From: Candidatus Magasanikbacteria bacterium CG_4_10_14_0_2_um_filter_41_10 | Lineage (GTDB): Bacteria; Patescibacteriota; Patescibacteriia; Magasanikbacterales; UBA922 | Direction of reading: 5' to 3' | Length of the DNA stretch: 64,000 nucleotides | NCBI GenBank assembly: GCA_002792995.1 | Contig: PFPJ01000055.1 | Location: 293 to 64,292, forward strand | Shown here: one piece after another, positions 10,102 through 19,746 of the stretch | Position numbering within the stretch: the stretch's first letter is position 1 | Layout: each line of letters opens with the position of its first letter | Made by a program: the position numbers and the translations under genes | Notes under the pieces: model-generated | Told to the model about the DNA's origin: nothing | What the model saw: only the letters and a program-made list of their open reading frames with translations | Database searches by the model: none

Positions 10102-10236
10102 AGACTACCAGTATAGCAGGACTCAGGGTGAGAAACAAAATGAGTATACTCTATCTCCAAATAGTTGGAAGCAGAGTGTAATGCTGGAGGGTAACGTGTC
10201 CAGCGGCACGGTCGGTTCTGCACCGACAAGCGTCTG

Positions 10237-10836
10237 TCAAAGGAAGATATGAACGCGTACGAACGTGTCCAGGGACCATCCTCTGTTTTCGATAGGAGCT
10301 GCGTGCCTGATCGAGAATGCGATGTCCACAGCGACATGTTTGTTAAAGTGGAGCAACATGTTTGACCCGACGCCATGTGACCATGTGTCGGCATGACCGA
10401 TTTTGCCCCATCCTTCGCCCTCAATGCCGAGTTCAATGAAATCGGACAGGGTGTACTGAGCTTGGAGGAACCAGTACCCAGACATACTCGGAATCTGGAT
10501 CTCCACGTCAGACCAGCTCCAGAAGTCTCCGAACTTCACAGATGGACGAAACGCGAGTACCGGTTCTGCGTTGTGGAAGTCCCACGCCATGTCTGACTCG
10601 ATGTCCAGCCACTGAAGAGGCTTCCATGCTGCACCGAGATAGAGATAGGGGGTAAGCCCACTGGCGAGGTTTGTCGATGGTACGATGTGTACTCGACTGT
10701 CGACGTTCGGGGTCAGCTCACTTCCTCCGTGGATTACCATCCTCAGTCGAGGATGGTTGACGAGCTGCTTCGCTTGCACCGGCGTGTTGGTCAGTCCGAT
10801 GAAAGCGATGATGATCATGACGAGAAAACGGATCAT
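10237..10836 (-). CDS. GC-rich orphan secreted protein, beta-barrel-like
   Basis: Start at ATG 10836 after GGAGAGGG; signal peptide ending VQA; alternating hydrophobic/aromatic strands; C-terminus FVRVHIFL. Confidence 0.65.
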   Translation of the reverse strand: MIRFLVMIIIAFIGLTNTPVQAKQLVNHPRLRMVIHGGSELTPNVDSRVHIVPSTNLASGLTPYLYLGAAWKPLQWLDIESDMAWDFHNAEPVLAFRPSVKFGDFWSWSDVEIQIPSMSGYWFLQAQYTLSDFIELGIEGEGWGKIGHADTWSHGVGSNMLLHFNKHVAVDIAFSIRHAAPIENRGWSLDTFVRVHIFL

Positions 10837-10996
10837 GTATGTATCCCTCTCCACAAGAGAACATGTCCTCCGCCAAGCCCTGTGCTTGACTTCGAACGGA
10901 CAACTATATATAATATGTGAAGAGTGGTAAATAGCACCACGTGGTGTAGTTTTACACCATAGACGTATATATTTGCTAAAATAAGCAAAAAATGTT

Positions 10997-11746
10997 ATGC
11001 ACATAGATATTTTAGAAGAACTTGGACTGTCACAAAACGAAGCAAAAATTTATGAATCTCTGATTGAAATTGGTGAAAGTACGATTAGTGAATTATCAAA
11101 TAGAAGTAAGATTCATCGCCGTAATATCTACGATTCGATGAGTCGTCTTATTGAAAAAGGACTGGTATTTCAGGTCATTGGGCGTGGAGATAATCTGTAT
11201 AAGCCTGTAGACCCACACAAGCTCATGGAACTCGTTGACGAAAAGCGCACTCGTCTTGAAAAAATCATGCCAGCGCTTATTACCAGCTATGAGCAAAAAC
11301 CTCATCTTGAGGCAGCGTATATCTATAAAGGTATCGAGGGTTTTAAGAATTACCTTCGTGATATGCTGAGTACAAATGAAGATGCTTATTTTATTGGGGC
11401 AAAAGGCGCTTGGTTTGATCCTCGTTTGAAGACGTTTATTGAAGGATTTCTTACTGAAGCAAAGAAACGTGGCATCAAATATCACACGCTATTTGATTAC
11501 GAAGTTCGTGAAGGTGCAGTGGAAGTGCCCATGGCAGTAAAAAAGCCATTTAAGTACCTCCCAAAAAAGTACTCAACACCGAGTATGGTAGATATTTTTG
11601 GGGATCATGTTGTGTCATTTACTGGGGCGGGACTCATGAAGATATCTGATGATATTACGATTTTTGTAAATATTAGTAGACCATTGGCAACAAGTTACAA
11701 AACGTGGTTTCAGTTTATGTTTGACATGTGCCCTGAGATTGAGTAA
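10997..11746 (+). CDS. TrmB-family transcriptional regulator
   Basis: LEELGLSQNEAKIYESL...IHRRNIYDSMSRLIEKGLV wHTH; IYKGIEG linker. Confidence 0.88.
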   Translation: MHIDILEELGLSQNEAKIYESLIEIGESTISELSNRSKIHRRNIYDSMSRLIEKGLVFQVIGRGDNLYKPVDPHKLMELVDEKRTRLEKIMPALITSYEQKPHLEAAYIYKGIEGFKNYLRDMLSTNEDAYFIGAKGAWFDPRLKTFIEGFLTEAKKRGIKYHTLFDYEVREGAVEVPMAVKKPFKYLPKKYSTPSMVDIFGDHVVSFTGAGLMKISDDITIFVNISRPLATSYKTWFQFMFDMCPEIE

Positions 11747-11754
11747 AGTGCCGG

Positions 11755-12038
11755 TGTTTCATATGAAACAAATGGTCCTGTAGTTCAATGGATAGAACAA
11801 GACACTCCTAACGTCTAAATCCAGGTTCGATTCTTGGCGGGGCCACAGTAGAAGTACACTTTTGTTGGAGAAAGTACACAATAATCTATACAAATACACT
11901 GTTTAGGACAGTGTATTTTGTTTCACGTAGAACAAACGAGTGTTTCATATGAAACAATTGTAACAAGAAAAGAAAAGTTTTTAAAAAATAAATGTTGTGG
12001 CAAATTTTACTACATGCATGCATGTTTCACGTAGAACA
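11755..12038. promoter_or_regulatory. Cluster of four parS-like 16-bp palindromes
   Basis: TGTTTCATATGAAACA at 11755-11770 and 11941-11956; TGTTTCACGTAGAACA at 11919-11934 and 12023-12038; canonical parS is TGTTTCACGTGAAACA. Confidence 0.8.
11774..11845 (+). tRNA. tRNA-Arg (anticodon CCT)
   Basis: Acceptor GGTCCTG/CGGGGCC, D-arm GTTCAATGGATAGAAC, anticodon loop CT-CCT-AA, T-loop GTTCGATT; CCA not encoded; A-C mismatch at the base of the anticodon stem. Confidence 0.92.
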
Positions 12039-12347
12039 TTTTTGTAATTTTATGATAGGGGATATTGATAGATTGAAATATAAAATTTTTTATAAACCCT
12101 AAAGTAAACAACAGATACATAAAATATTGTACGACACATAAAAAGAGCTATAATAAAGCAAGAAAACAACATTTTACAAAATAAAGTGAATAATAAATGT
12201 AAATTTTCTACCATTTGTCCTGTAAGAAAAATGAATGCTACCTAGGTGTCTTTACAAAAAGGCATAAAACAAGTAGGATATCGGTGCCCATGTTGTACAT
12301 GCGGAAGATGTTTCGTGGGCCTTATTTGATTATATTATTATGTTTTT

Positions 12348-13427
12348 ATGCTTGCTATCGGTATCGTAGGGCTTCCCAATGTTGGAAAATCAACGCTTTT
12401 CAACGCATTGACCAAAAGTAAACAAGCAGATGCGCAAAATTATCCGTTTTGTACCATTGAGCCAAATATTGGTATTGTTGAAGTACCTGATGATCGTATT
12501 TCTCAACTGACGTCTACGTCTTCTTCACTCAAAGCCGTCCCTACTGCCATTGAATTTGTAGATATCGCCGGACTTGTGAAAGGTGCTTCAGAGGGTGAGG
12601 GTCTCGGAAACAAATTTCTTTCGCATATTCGTGATGTCGATGCCATTGTACACGTTGTTCGTGCGTTTCAAGATAGCAATGTGGTGCATGTTCATAACAA
12701 CGTCGATCCAAAAGATGACGCTGATGTGATCAACCTAGAACTTGTGCTCGCAGATATGCAGGCCGTCTCTTCGAGACATGCAAAAGTGACAAAGGAAGCA
12801 AAAGGGGTAAAGGCAAAGGAAAAAGCTGTCGAAATGGACGTACTTCAAAAGTTACTTGACCATTTTGAACAAGGGAAACCAGCTCGCACGCTTGATTTTA
12901 CTGAAGAGGAGATGGTCATCATGAAAGAATTGCATCTTATTACAATGAAACCAATGATGTACGTTATCAATATCGATGACAGCCAACATATCGATGGAAA
13001 TGCAAACATTATTGTCGAAGAAGGCGCTACGCATGTATATGTGTCTGCACGAACTGAGGCCGAAATTGCAGAATTGCCTACAGAGGAAGCACGTGAGTTT
13101 ATGAAAGAACTCTGTATGGATCGATCTGGACTGGATACGATTATTACAGCGGGCTATCAAATTCTTGATCTGGTCACGTATTTTACATCTGGCGTGCAGG
13201 AAACGCGCGCGTGGACTATTCACCGAGGGACACCAGCGCAACTCGCTGCCGGTGTTATTCACACCGACTTTATCAAAAAATTTATTAAAGCCGATATCGC
13301 CAACTGGCAAGATTTTGTGAATGCAAAAGGATGGAATGGTGTGAAAGAACAAGGCCATATGCAACTTGTTGGCAAAGAATATATTGTTCAAGATGGAGAT
13401 GTATGTTATTTCCATATTGGAGCATAA
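12348..13427 (+). CDS. ychF: Ribosome-binding ATPase YchF
   Basis: [58 protein letters not shown]. Confidence 0.97.
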   Translation: MLAIGIVGLPNVGKSTLFNALTKSKQADAQNYPFCTIEPNIGIVEVPDDRISQLTSTSSSLKAVPTAIEFVDIAGLVKGASEGEGLGNKFLSHIRDVDAIVHVVRAFQDSNVVHVHNNVDPKDDADVINLELVLADMQAVSSRHAKVTKEAKGVKAKEKAVEMDVLQKLLDHFEQGKPARTLDFTEEEMVIMKELHLITMKPMMYVINIDDSQHIDGNANIIVEEGATHVYVSARTEAEIAELPTEEAREFMKELCMDRSGLDTIITAGYQILDLVTYFTSGVQETRAWTIHRGTPAQLAAGVIHTDFIKKFIKADIANWQDFVNAKGWNGVKEQGHMQLVGKEYIVQDGDVCYFHIGA

Positions 13428-13459
13428 AAGTTCTTTCTCTTCGTTCTTAAGTATTGTGT

Positions 13460-14692
13460 ATGAAGATTGCCGTGATTGGTGGTGGCGCAGCTGGGATGAT
13501 GTGTGCAGCAACAATTCTTGAAGAACATTCCGATATGGAGGTTTTTTTGATTGAAAAAAATAGTTCTCTTGGAAGAAAGGTGATCATTTCAGGTGGAGGA
13601 CGATGTAATGTAACGACAGGAATTGATGATGTAAAATTGGTGTTGAGTAAATATCCGCGAGGGAACAAATTTTTGCAGTCAGCCATGCATCGTTTTTCAC
13701 CAAGCAACGTGTATGATTGGTTTGAACAACATGGTGTCCCACTAAAGTGTGAAAAAGATTTGCGTGTGTTTCCTGTTTCGAATAATGGACATGATATCGT
13801 TGCTGTATTTGAACGGATTTTTCAACAAGGCAATATACAGATACTTTTTAAACATACATTCAAAGGATTGCGAAAAGAAAAAAAACAATTTGTGGTATCA
13901 TTTGCAGAACAAGAAGATATTGTTGTTGATACCGTTGTTATGACGCTTGGCGGACAAGCCTATCGGCATACCGGTTCGACAGGAGATGGATATGATGTCC
14001 TCGAAACGTTGGGGCATACGATTACTGCCTTGGCGCCAAGTCTCAATTCTTTTCTCACTGCAGAAGCATGGCCAAAAACATTGTCTGGACTTTCTTTTGA
14101 ACATGCGACGATACACGTAAAAGGTCAGAAAAAATATACATGCACAGGACCTTTTTTGTTTACGCATACGGGGGTGAGTGGTCCTGCTGTGTTTGCACTG
14201 TCATCATTGATTGCATTTGAAACATACGATAGACACACACCTCTTGAAATTGAAATCGATGTGTTGGTGGAGATGTCTATGGAAGATATTTTTATTCAGT
14301 TGCAATCGTTGCGAGAAGAACATTTACAAAAAACATTTAAAAATACATTGCATCATTTTTTCCCCATGTCCTTGACTGAAAAAGTGTGTAAGAATTTGAA
14401 CATCTCTTTTGACAAAAAAAATGTGGAAATGAGTAAAAAAGAATTACGCGTGGTCGCAGAATATATAAAACATATTCCACTCAGCATTATTGGTCGAGGA
14501 GCAGGCGATGAATTTGTGACCGCAGGCGGAGTCGAAACAACAGAAGTGGATCCAAAAACAATGGAATCGAATGTGTGTGATGGATTATTTTTTGCTGGAG
14601 AAATTTTGAATATTGATGGGTTTACCGGAGGATTCAATTTGCAAGCATCGTGGGCGACTGGAAGAGCTGCAGGGTTGGGTGTCGCTTCATAA
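13460..14692 (+). CDS. HI0933/BaiN-family flavoprotein oxidoreductase
   Basis: IGGGAAG, GRKVIISGGGRCNVT, FTHTGVSGP, VTAGGV, GFTGGFNLQ. Confidence 0.92.
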   Translation: MKIAVIGGGAAGMMCAATILEEHSDMEVFLIEKNSSLGRKVIISGGGRCNVTTGIDDVKLVLSKYPRGNKFLQSAMHRFSPSNVYDWFEQHGVPLKCEKDLRVFPVSNNGHDIVAVFERIFQQGNIQILFKHTFKGLRKEKKQFVVSFAEQEDIVVDTVVMTLGGQAYRHTGSTGDGYDVLETLGHTITALAPSLNSFLTAEAWPKTLSGLSFEHATIHVKGQKKYTCTGPFLFTHTGVSGPAVFALSSLIAFETYDRHTPLEIEIDVLVEMSMEDIFIQLQSLREEHLQKTFKNTLHHFFPMSLTEKVCKNLNISFDKKNVEMSKKELRVVAEYIKHIPLSIIGRGAGDEFVTAGGVETTEVDPKTMESNVCDGLFFAGEILNIDGFTGGFNLQASWATGRAAGLGVAS

Positions 14693-14767
14693 CGTTGTTC
14701 CGAGTATTTTTAGAGTAAACACGTACAAACAAAAAAGAGTGGACATGCCACTCTTTTTTGTTTTATT

Positions 14768-15901
14768 TTATTTTTTTACCCAACGCCATATTTCTCTTGC
14801 TACAAATTGTTGTTCTCTGGCGTAGACGAGTGGCATCTCTTTTTCTTGGTAGGGAAGCATCTCAAAACCGAGTTTTTTAATATTGTTTTGACATTCAACA
14901 CGAACCCAGTCATCTTTGTATCGGAACTGTGGCACAACGAATATCACACGTCCACCAGGTTTGAGTATTTGTGCAAAGACGCGAAATGCATCGATATACA
15001 AGGCTTGAAGTTCTTGCACTTGTTTTTCAAGAAATGTCCGTTGTTCTCGTCCTGTTCTCGGTACTCCCATGTATGGTTCCGTTGCGATGATGTCAATAGA
15101 TTCTTTTTCAATATGTTCTGTGAGAACACGAACATCACTTTGGAAAATCTGTATATCAGTGACAGGTGATTCAAGATTTGTTTGCAACCATGCTACATTT
15201 TTTTCACTGTCACTGGTCGCTTTTTCGGAAATGTCACTTCCAATGATATGTGGTATTGCAAGTGACAATGCTTCTCCAAGAAGAGTGCCAGATCCACAAA
15301 ACGGATCGAGCAGTGTATCATTCTTTTCTGGCATGGCGAGATTGATCATCATGCGTGATAATTTTGGGGGGAGCATACCACTTTTTCCATCAACGCTGGG
15401 TCTTCCATAATCGCGTTCGCTCATGTCTTCGATAGGTTGAATTGCGCGAGTAACATAGACAACATTATCGATGATGGTGAGATGGGTTCCTCTCTCTACC
15501 AAACCATTATGCAAAATGGTTGCAGTGTTTTTTGTTTCTACATACCTCACAGATCTGCCAATTGTTTTGAGTTTTTTCTTTACTGCGATGGCGAGGCGTG
15601 ATGCCTGTGTACCCCCACTGACAGAAAAATGAAGTTTGGTTGTAGAAGGAAGTGATGAAAGATATGAAAAAAGAGTTTCTTCCGCGTTTCCTTTTGGATC
15701 AAGTTTTTCTCCAATCAATCGTGTCCCTCCGAGGATAATCATATCTGCTTCTGGATCGAGCGGTGTATCCGTAGAAACCAAAAAATATTCACCTACCAAG
15801 CGAGTATACGTAGGAAGAATCCGTTTTTGGGACAATACAGAAAAGATTTCTTCTTGTGAGAGGTCACGTTGGTGGCCGAGTTGGAATGCGTATGTATGCA
15901 T
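14768..15901 (-). CDS. SAM-dependent RNA methyltransferase (Trm11/UPF0020-like)
   Basis: GMLPPKLSRMMIN, LLDPFCGSGT, GSDIS, IATEPYMG. Confidence 0.82.
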   Translation of the reverse strand: MHTYAFQLGHQRDLSQEEIFSVLSQKRILPTYTRLVGEYFLVSTDTPLDPEADMIILGGTRLIGEKLDPKGNAEETLFSYLSSLPSTTKLHFSVSGGTQASRLAIAVKKKLKTIGRSVRYVETKNTATILHNGLVERGTHLTIIDNVVYVTRAIQPIEDMSERDYGRPSVDGKSGMLPPKLSRMMINLAMPEKNDTLLDPFCGSGTLLGEALSLAIPHIIGSDISEKATSDSEKNVAWLQTNLESPVTDIQIFQSDVRVLTEHIEKESIDIIATEPYMGVPRTGREQRTFLEKQVQELQALYIDAFRVFAQILKPGGRVIFVVPQFRYKDDWVRVECQNNIKKLGFEMLPYQEKEMPLVYAREQQFVAREIWRWVKK

Positions 15902-15921
15902 AGTGGGCTATTCTGTCACTC

Positions 15922-16350
15922 CTAGGGTGTTTGTGTCAAGAGGGTACTACTTGTGGTTGGTGCTATACCAAAGAGAGGAAAAGGGGTAGATGTTGGTATA
16001 TCAGTATTTTTTTTGCTCCACGCGTCACGTACTGTTTCGAGTGTACCAAAATCAATAACATCTGTCCGTTTTGTTTCTTGGATAAAAAAGAGATTTTCAG
16101 TTGCGGCGATGGTGTCAAACACTGTTGCATAGAGACGCCAGAGACCAAATCCTAATAATGATACAACACTTATGCCGACGATCCACGATGAAAGGCGTAA
16201 TATACGGAAATGCGTAAATCTATTTGTATAGACTGCCTGCGAGTAGGCTTTACGTTGTTTTTCTGCTTCGCGCGTATTCATTTGTGTATTTTTTGTTGGT
16301 GGATTTTGTTTTGGCTCTGGTTGAGTTGTTGTCTTTTTTTTGTTTGCCAT
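15922..16350 (-). CDS. Hypothetical single-TM protein at the end of the pilMNO operon
   Basis: Start MANKKK at 16350; one TM; co-oriented after pilO. Confidence 0.65.
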   Translation of the reverse strand: MANKKKTTTQPEPKQNPPTKNTQMNTREAEKQRKAYSQAVYTNRFTHFRILRLSSWIVGISVVSLLGFGLWRLYATVFDTIAATENLFFIQETKRTDVIDFGTLETVRDAWSKKNTDIPTSTPFPLFGIAPTTSSTLLTQTP

Positions 16351-16360
16351 AAAAATAACT

Positions 16361-16912
16361 TTATTCTGGTGTGCTTCTCGTGTAGATACGAGCATCAAAT
16401 CGGAGTGTTGCTTGGCCAGCATCCGTTGCTTTTTGAATTTTTATGCCATCGATGAGTACGTAATATGATTGTGCTTCCAGTGTCTGTATGTAAGAAAAAA
16501 GATCTTCAAATGAACCGTTCAGAACAAAAGAAAATGTGTAGTAGGGGAGTCCTACTGTCGGGTCAGGGATATTGGAACGTGTTGCCCCAAGTGTTTGACG
16601 AAGGTTGTGATTGGTTGCCAGGGCTTCTAGTTTTTCGATGATTGTGAGTTCATCCCCATATGGCATAGCAATGTCTTTGTAGGATTCTACTTCCTGACTT
16701 ATGCTATCGAGTTCTCGGAGTGTTCGACGCATGGCCTGTGTACTGTTGTATTCTTGTTCGAGTTCTTGTTGAATTCCTTTTATGTCATCACTAACCATGA
16801 ACATTCTTTTGAGTGTCGGATAAATAATAAATACACCAAGAAGAAGAGAACCTAAAAAAAGTGTACTTGATATAATATAAAATTGTTTTTTGAGACTAAG
16901 TCGGTGCAACAT
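16361..16912 (-). CDS. pilO: Type IV pilus assembly protein PilO-like
   Basis: N-terminal TM, coiled coil, LNGSFEDLFSYIQTLE motif; synteny. Confidence 0.8.
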   Translation of the reverse strand: MLHRLSLKKQFYIISSTLFLGSLLLGVFIIYPTLKRMFMVSDDIKGIQQELEQEYNSTQAMRRTLRELDSISQEVESYKDIAMPYGDELTIIEKLEALATNHNLRQTLGATRSNIPDPTVGLPYYTFSFVLNGSFEDLFSYIQTLEAQSYYVLIDGIKIQKATDAGQATLRFDARIYTRSTPE

Positions 16913-16915
16913 ATA

Positions 16916-17446
16916 TTAGAAAGAGAATGGGATGGAAAGTGAAAAATCTATTTTATTCTGTTTGGTAAGATCGCTGAGTGGAATGGTAACAGTTTCAATT
17001 TGTGGAAGGGATTCGAGCGTATCTTGCAGTTTGAGAAATGCCTCTCTCGACGGAGATGATCCAACAAGTTCAAGCATGTGATCTGACGTACGGAAAGAAA
17101 ATTGGGTGATGGTTGTATCTTCGGGGATAGTATTTGCTAATAAAAGAATATATGGTGACCATGACATGTAATTTTTTTGAATCGCAGTTGCTTGTTTTGT
17201 AATCACATTTATTTTTTGAACACGAACATTTATTTTTCCTGCTGATGTATGCGTCCGAAGACTTTGGAGAGCAATCTCTGCAAATTGTGACTGTAAAAAA
17301 ACTTGGGACATAATTGCAAAAATGGCAAAACAAGAAAGAATTATAAAAATAACAGCAAGCGTATTTTTAATAAAGCCCATCGTCATGATACGTTTGGCGT
17401 ACTGTTGCTTCTTTTTTGACATCAGGTTGAGTCGAATGGGATACAT
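16916..17446 (-). CDS. pilN: Type IV pilus assembly protein PilN-like
   Basis: N-terminal IRLNLM (INLL-like), TM, LELVGSSPSRE; synteny. Confidence 0.8.
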   Translation of the reverse strand: MYPIRLNLMSKKKQQYAKRIMTMGFIKNTLAVIFIILSCFAIFAIMSQVFLQSQFAEIALQSLRTHTSAGKINVRVQKINVITKQATAIQKNYMSWSPYILLLANTIPEDTTITQFSFRTSDHMLELVGSSPSREAFLKLQDTLESLPQIETVTIPLSDLTKQNKIDFSLSIPFSF

Positions 17447-17454
17447 AGGAATAG

Positions 17455-18552
17455 TTATATCATGTCTTGTGCCTGAAATGGGTTTTCAGCTGCCCGAAGA
17501 GCAAGACCAATAGCTGTGGCGAAACCAAGAGAGGCTGCTTCATTGGGGAGACTTCCTGGATGAAGTCCAAGATTTTTCCACACTTTCCCTGGAGCACACG
17601 TAATGCCAAGACGCTCAGTAAGAAGTTCTGGAAGATGCGGGGTATTGGTAGCGCCACCGGACATAGTGACGTGTGTCACTGTATTGGTATGTGGGAAATG
17701 GCTATAATAAAATTGAAAAGATTGTTCAATCGTATCTATAAATGTATCAAGACTGTCCTTGATAACATTCAAAGCTTTTCCATATTTCTTTGTGTATTTT
17801 ACACCATACATACGTTTGATTTCTTCTGCTTTTTCTTGAGTTTCTTTGAGGCTTTGCATGATAGCGGTAGTAAGAAGTTCTCCTGAAAAAGGTAATGTTT
17901 TGCTAAATTGGATAGCCTCATAATCATAGACAATGAGCGCACTTTGGGTAGCCCCAACATCGAGAATCGCACGAGCTTCACCTGTGTACAGTTTGTTGGC
18001 GGTAATAAGTGATCTTGCAATGGCAAGTGCTTCTATCTCGAGAGACAAGATTCCAAGTCCAAGACTCTCAATAAGGTATGTGTACATATCTACAATGTAC
18101 TTCGGAGCGGCACCGATAAGAATCCGTGTCATGCCTTCTTCAAAATCTGGAAGAATTTGCCAATCAAGATAATAACTTTCTTCATCAAAAGGGATGTGTT
18201 GTTTGGCGATCATGAAGATGTCATCATCTATGACATCTTTGGCTTCTTTTGGAAGGTGAATAACTTTGATAAAACTGTGAATTTCTGGCAGTGTTGCAAC
18301 CACCCATTTGCCATCAACAGGTTTAGTCCCTTTTTTTCCTTCGAGCAAATGTTGAATATATTTCCGGACCTTTTCTGGTTCTTGTATCTCACCATTGACA
18401 ATAAGTCCTGGCGGAAGTGCTGTTTGTCTGACCGTATGCAATCGAAAAGAAGGAGTTTTTTTGTGTCCTGTTTTATTTTCAAGTTGCACAAGCTTAATCG
18501 ACAAATCGCCAATATCAAGACCAAATGCATTTGGATAGGGGTGAAATAACAT
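17455..18552 (-). CDS. pilM: Type IV pilus assembly protein PilM
   Basis: FGLDIGDLSIKLVQL, LDVGA, MSGGA, ATAIGLALR; start at ATG 18552. Confidence 0.92.
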   Translation of the reverse strand: MLFHPYPNAFGLDIGDLSIKLVQLENKTGHKKTPSFRLHTVRQTALPPGLIVNGEIQEPEKVRKYIQHLLEGKKGTKPVDGKWVVATLPEIHSFIKVIHLPKEAKDVIDDDIFMIAKQHIPFDEESYYLDWQILPDFEEGMTRILIGAAPKYIVDMYTYLIESLGLGILSLEIEALAIARSLITANKLYTGEARAILDVGATQSALIVYDYEAIQFSKTLPFSGELLTTAIMQSLKETQEKAEEIKRMYGVKYTKKYGKALNVIKDSLDTFIDTIEQSFQFYYSHFPHTNTVTHVTMSGGATNTPHLPELLTERLGITCAPGKVWKNLGLHPGSLPNEAASLGFATAIGLALRAAENPFQAQDMI

Positions 18553-18553
18553 A

Positions 18554-19678
18554 TTAGAAATTTTGTACCAAGGAATACATCGGCATAATAACTGCGACTG
18601 CGACTCCTCCGACAACTAATCCAAGGGTAACAATCAATACCGGCTCGATAATCGTTGCAAAGTTTTTCATTGTTTTATCAACATCATCATTATAAAATGT
18701 AGCGAGCTCAGTGAGAAGAGCATCAATTTCCCCAGTCCTTTCACCTACCATGATCATTTCTGTTACGAGAGGGCTATAGAGTTTTGGATAGTTGCGAAGA
18801 GATTCTGAAAGAGGAATTCCTTTTTCAAGCTCTTGCGAACTTTTCATGAGAGATACGCGATAGTTTATATTACTGCACGTTTCCGCGGTAATAGTGACTG
18901 CCTCAACAATTGGGATAGCACTTTTCATGAGAGATGAAAGCGTGAGAGAAAAACGGGCAAGATTTATTTTTTTGATAACTGTCCCTGCGATAGGGAGGTA
19001 CAAATTTATTGTATGTATATACGTACGAAATTTTAAAGATTTTTTTAGGAGCGTAATGAATGAAAACAGAAAAAGTATGATGAATATGGAAAGGAATATT
19101 AAATTTATTGGTTTACTCATGAAATTGGTTACTGCCATGAGAATTCTTGTTGGAAGTGGTAATTCGCTATCAAACTCATTAAAAATAGTGAGCAATTTTG
19201 GAAGAATAACCGTGGTCATGAGGACGCCAATACCAAGCATCGCTACGACGATGACCGCAGGATAAATCATCGCTCCGCGGATGGTGGAGGTCAGGTCATG
19301 CGTCTTTTTCATTTGTACTGCAATTTGTGTAAGGGCTTCTTCAAGTTTTCCACTGACTTCACCGGCTTCAATCATTTTGACATAAATAGGAGGAAAAACT
19401 TTTGGGTGTTTACGGAGGACATCGCTAAATTGTTTTCCGCCACTCACTTCTTTTGTTACATCGGCAATGACCATCTTGAGTGCTTTGTTCCCAGTTTCTT
19501 TTGCCAAAATTTCGAGTGCCTCGACGAGTGAGAGTCCGGCATGGATCATGATTTTGAGATGATCCACGAAAAACATTTTTTCGGTAAACGAAATTCTCGT
19601 AAGGTGTTTTGCCACCCAGTCGTTTAATTTTTTTTCGAATGGTGAAAGTTCTTTTACTTTTTTCTTTTTTTCAAACAT
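18554..19678 (-). CDS. pilC: Type IV pilus / T2SS platform protein PilC (GspF family)
   Basis: HPKVFPPIYVKMIEAGEVSGKL, AMIYP, MIMVGERTG, IEP; start at ATG 19678. Confidence 0.93.
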   Translation of the reverse strand: MFEKKKKVKELSPFEKKLNDWVAKHLTRISFTEKMFFVDHLKIMIHAGLSLVEALEILAKETGNKALKMVIADVTKEVSGGKQFSDVLRKHPKVFPPIYVKMIEAGEVSGKLEEALTQIAVQMKKTHDLTSTIRGAMIYPAVIVVAMLGIGVLMTTVILPKLLTIFNEFDSELPLPTRILMAVTNFMSKPINLIFLSIFIILFLFSFITLLKKSLKFRTYIHTINLYLPIAGTVIKKINLARFSLTLSSLMKSAIPIVEAVTITAETCSNINYRVSLMKSSQELEKGIPLSESLRNYPKLYSPLVTEMIMVGERTGEIDALLTELATFYNDDVDKTMKNFATIIEPVLIVTLGLVVGGVAVAVIMPMYSLVQNF

Positions 19679-19746
19679 AAAACAGGCGTAGTAAACGCCT
19701 GTAGTATAACACACTTTATATATTGTTGTTACTATATTTTTGGGTG

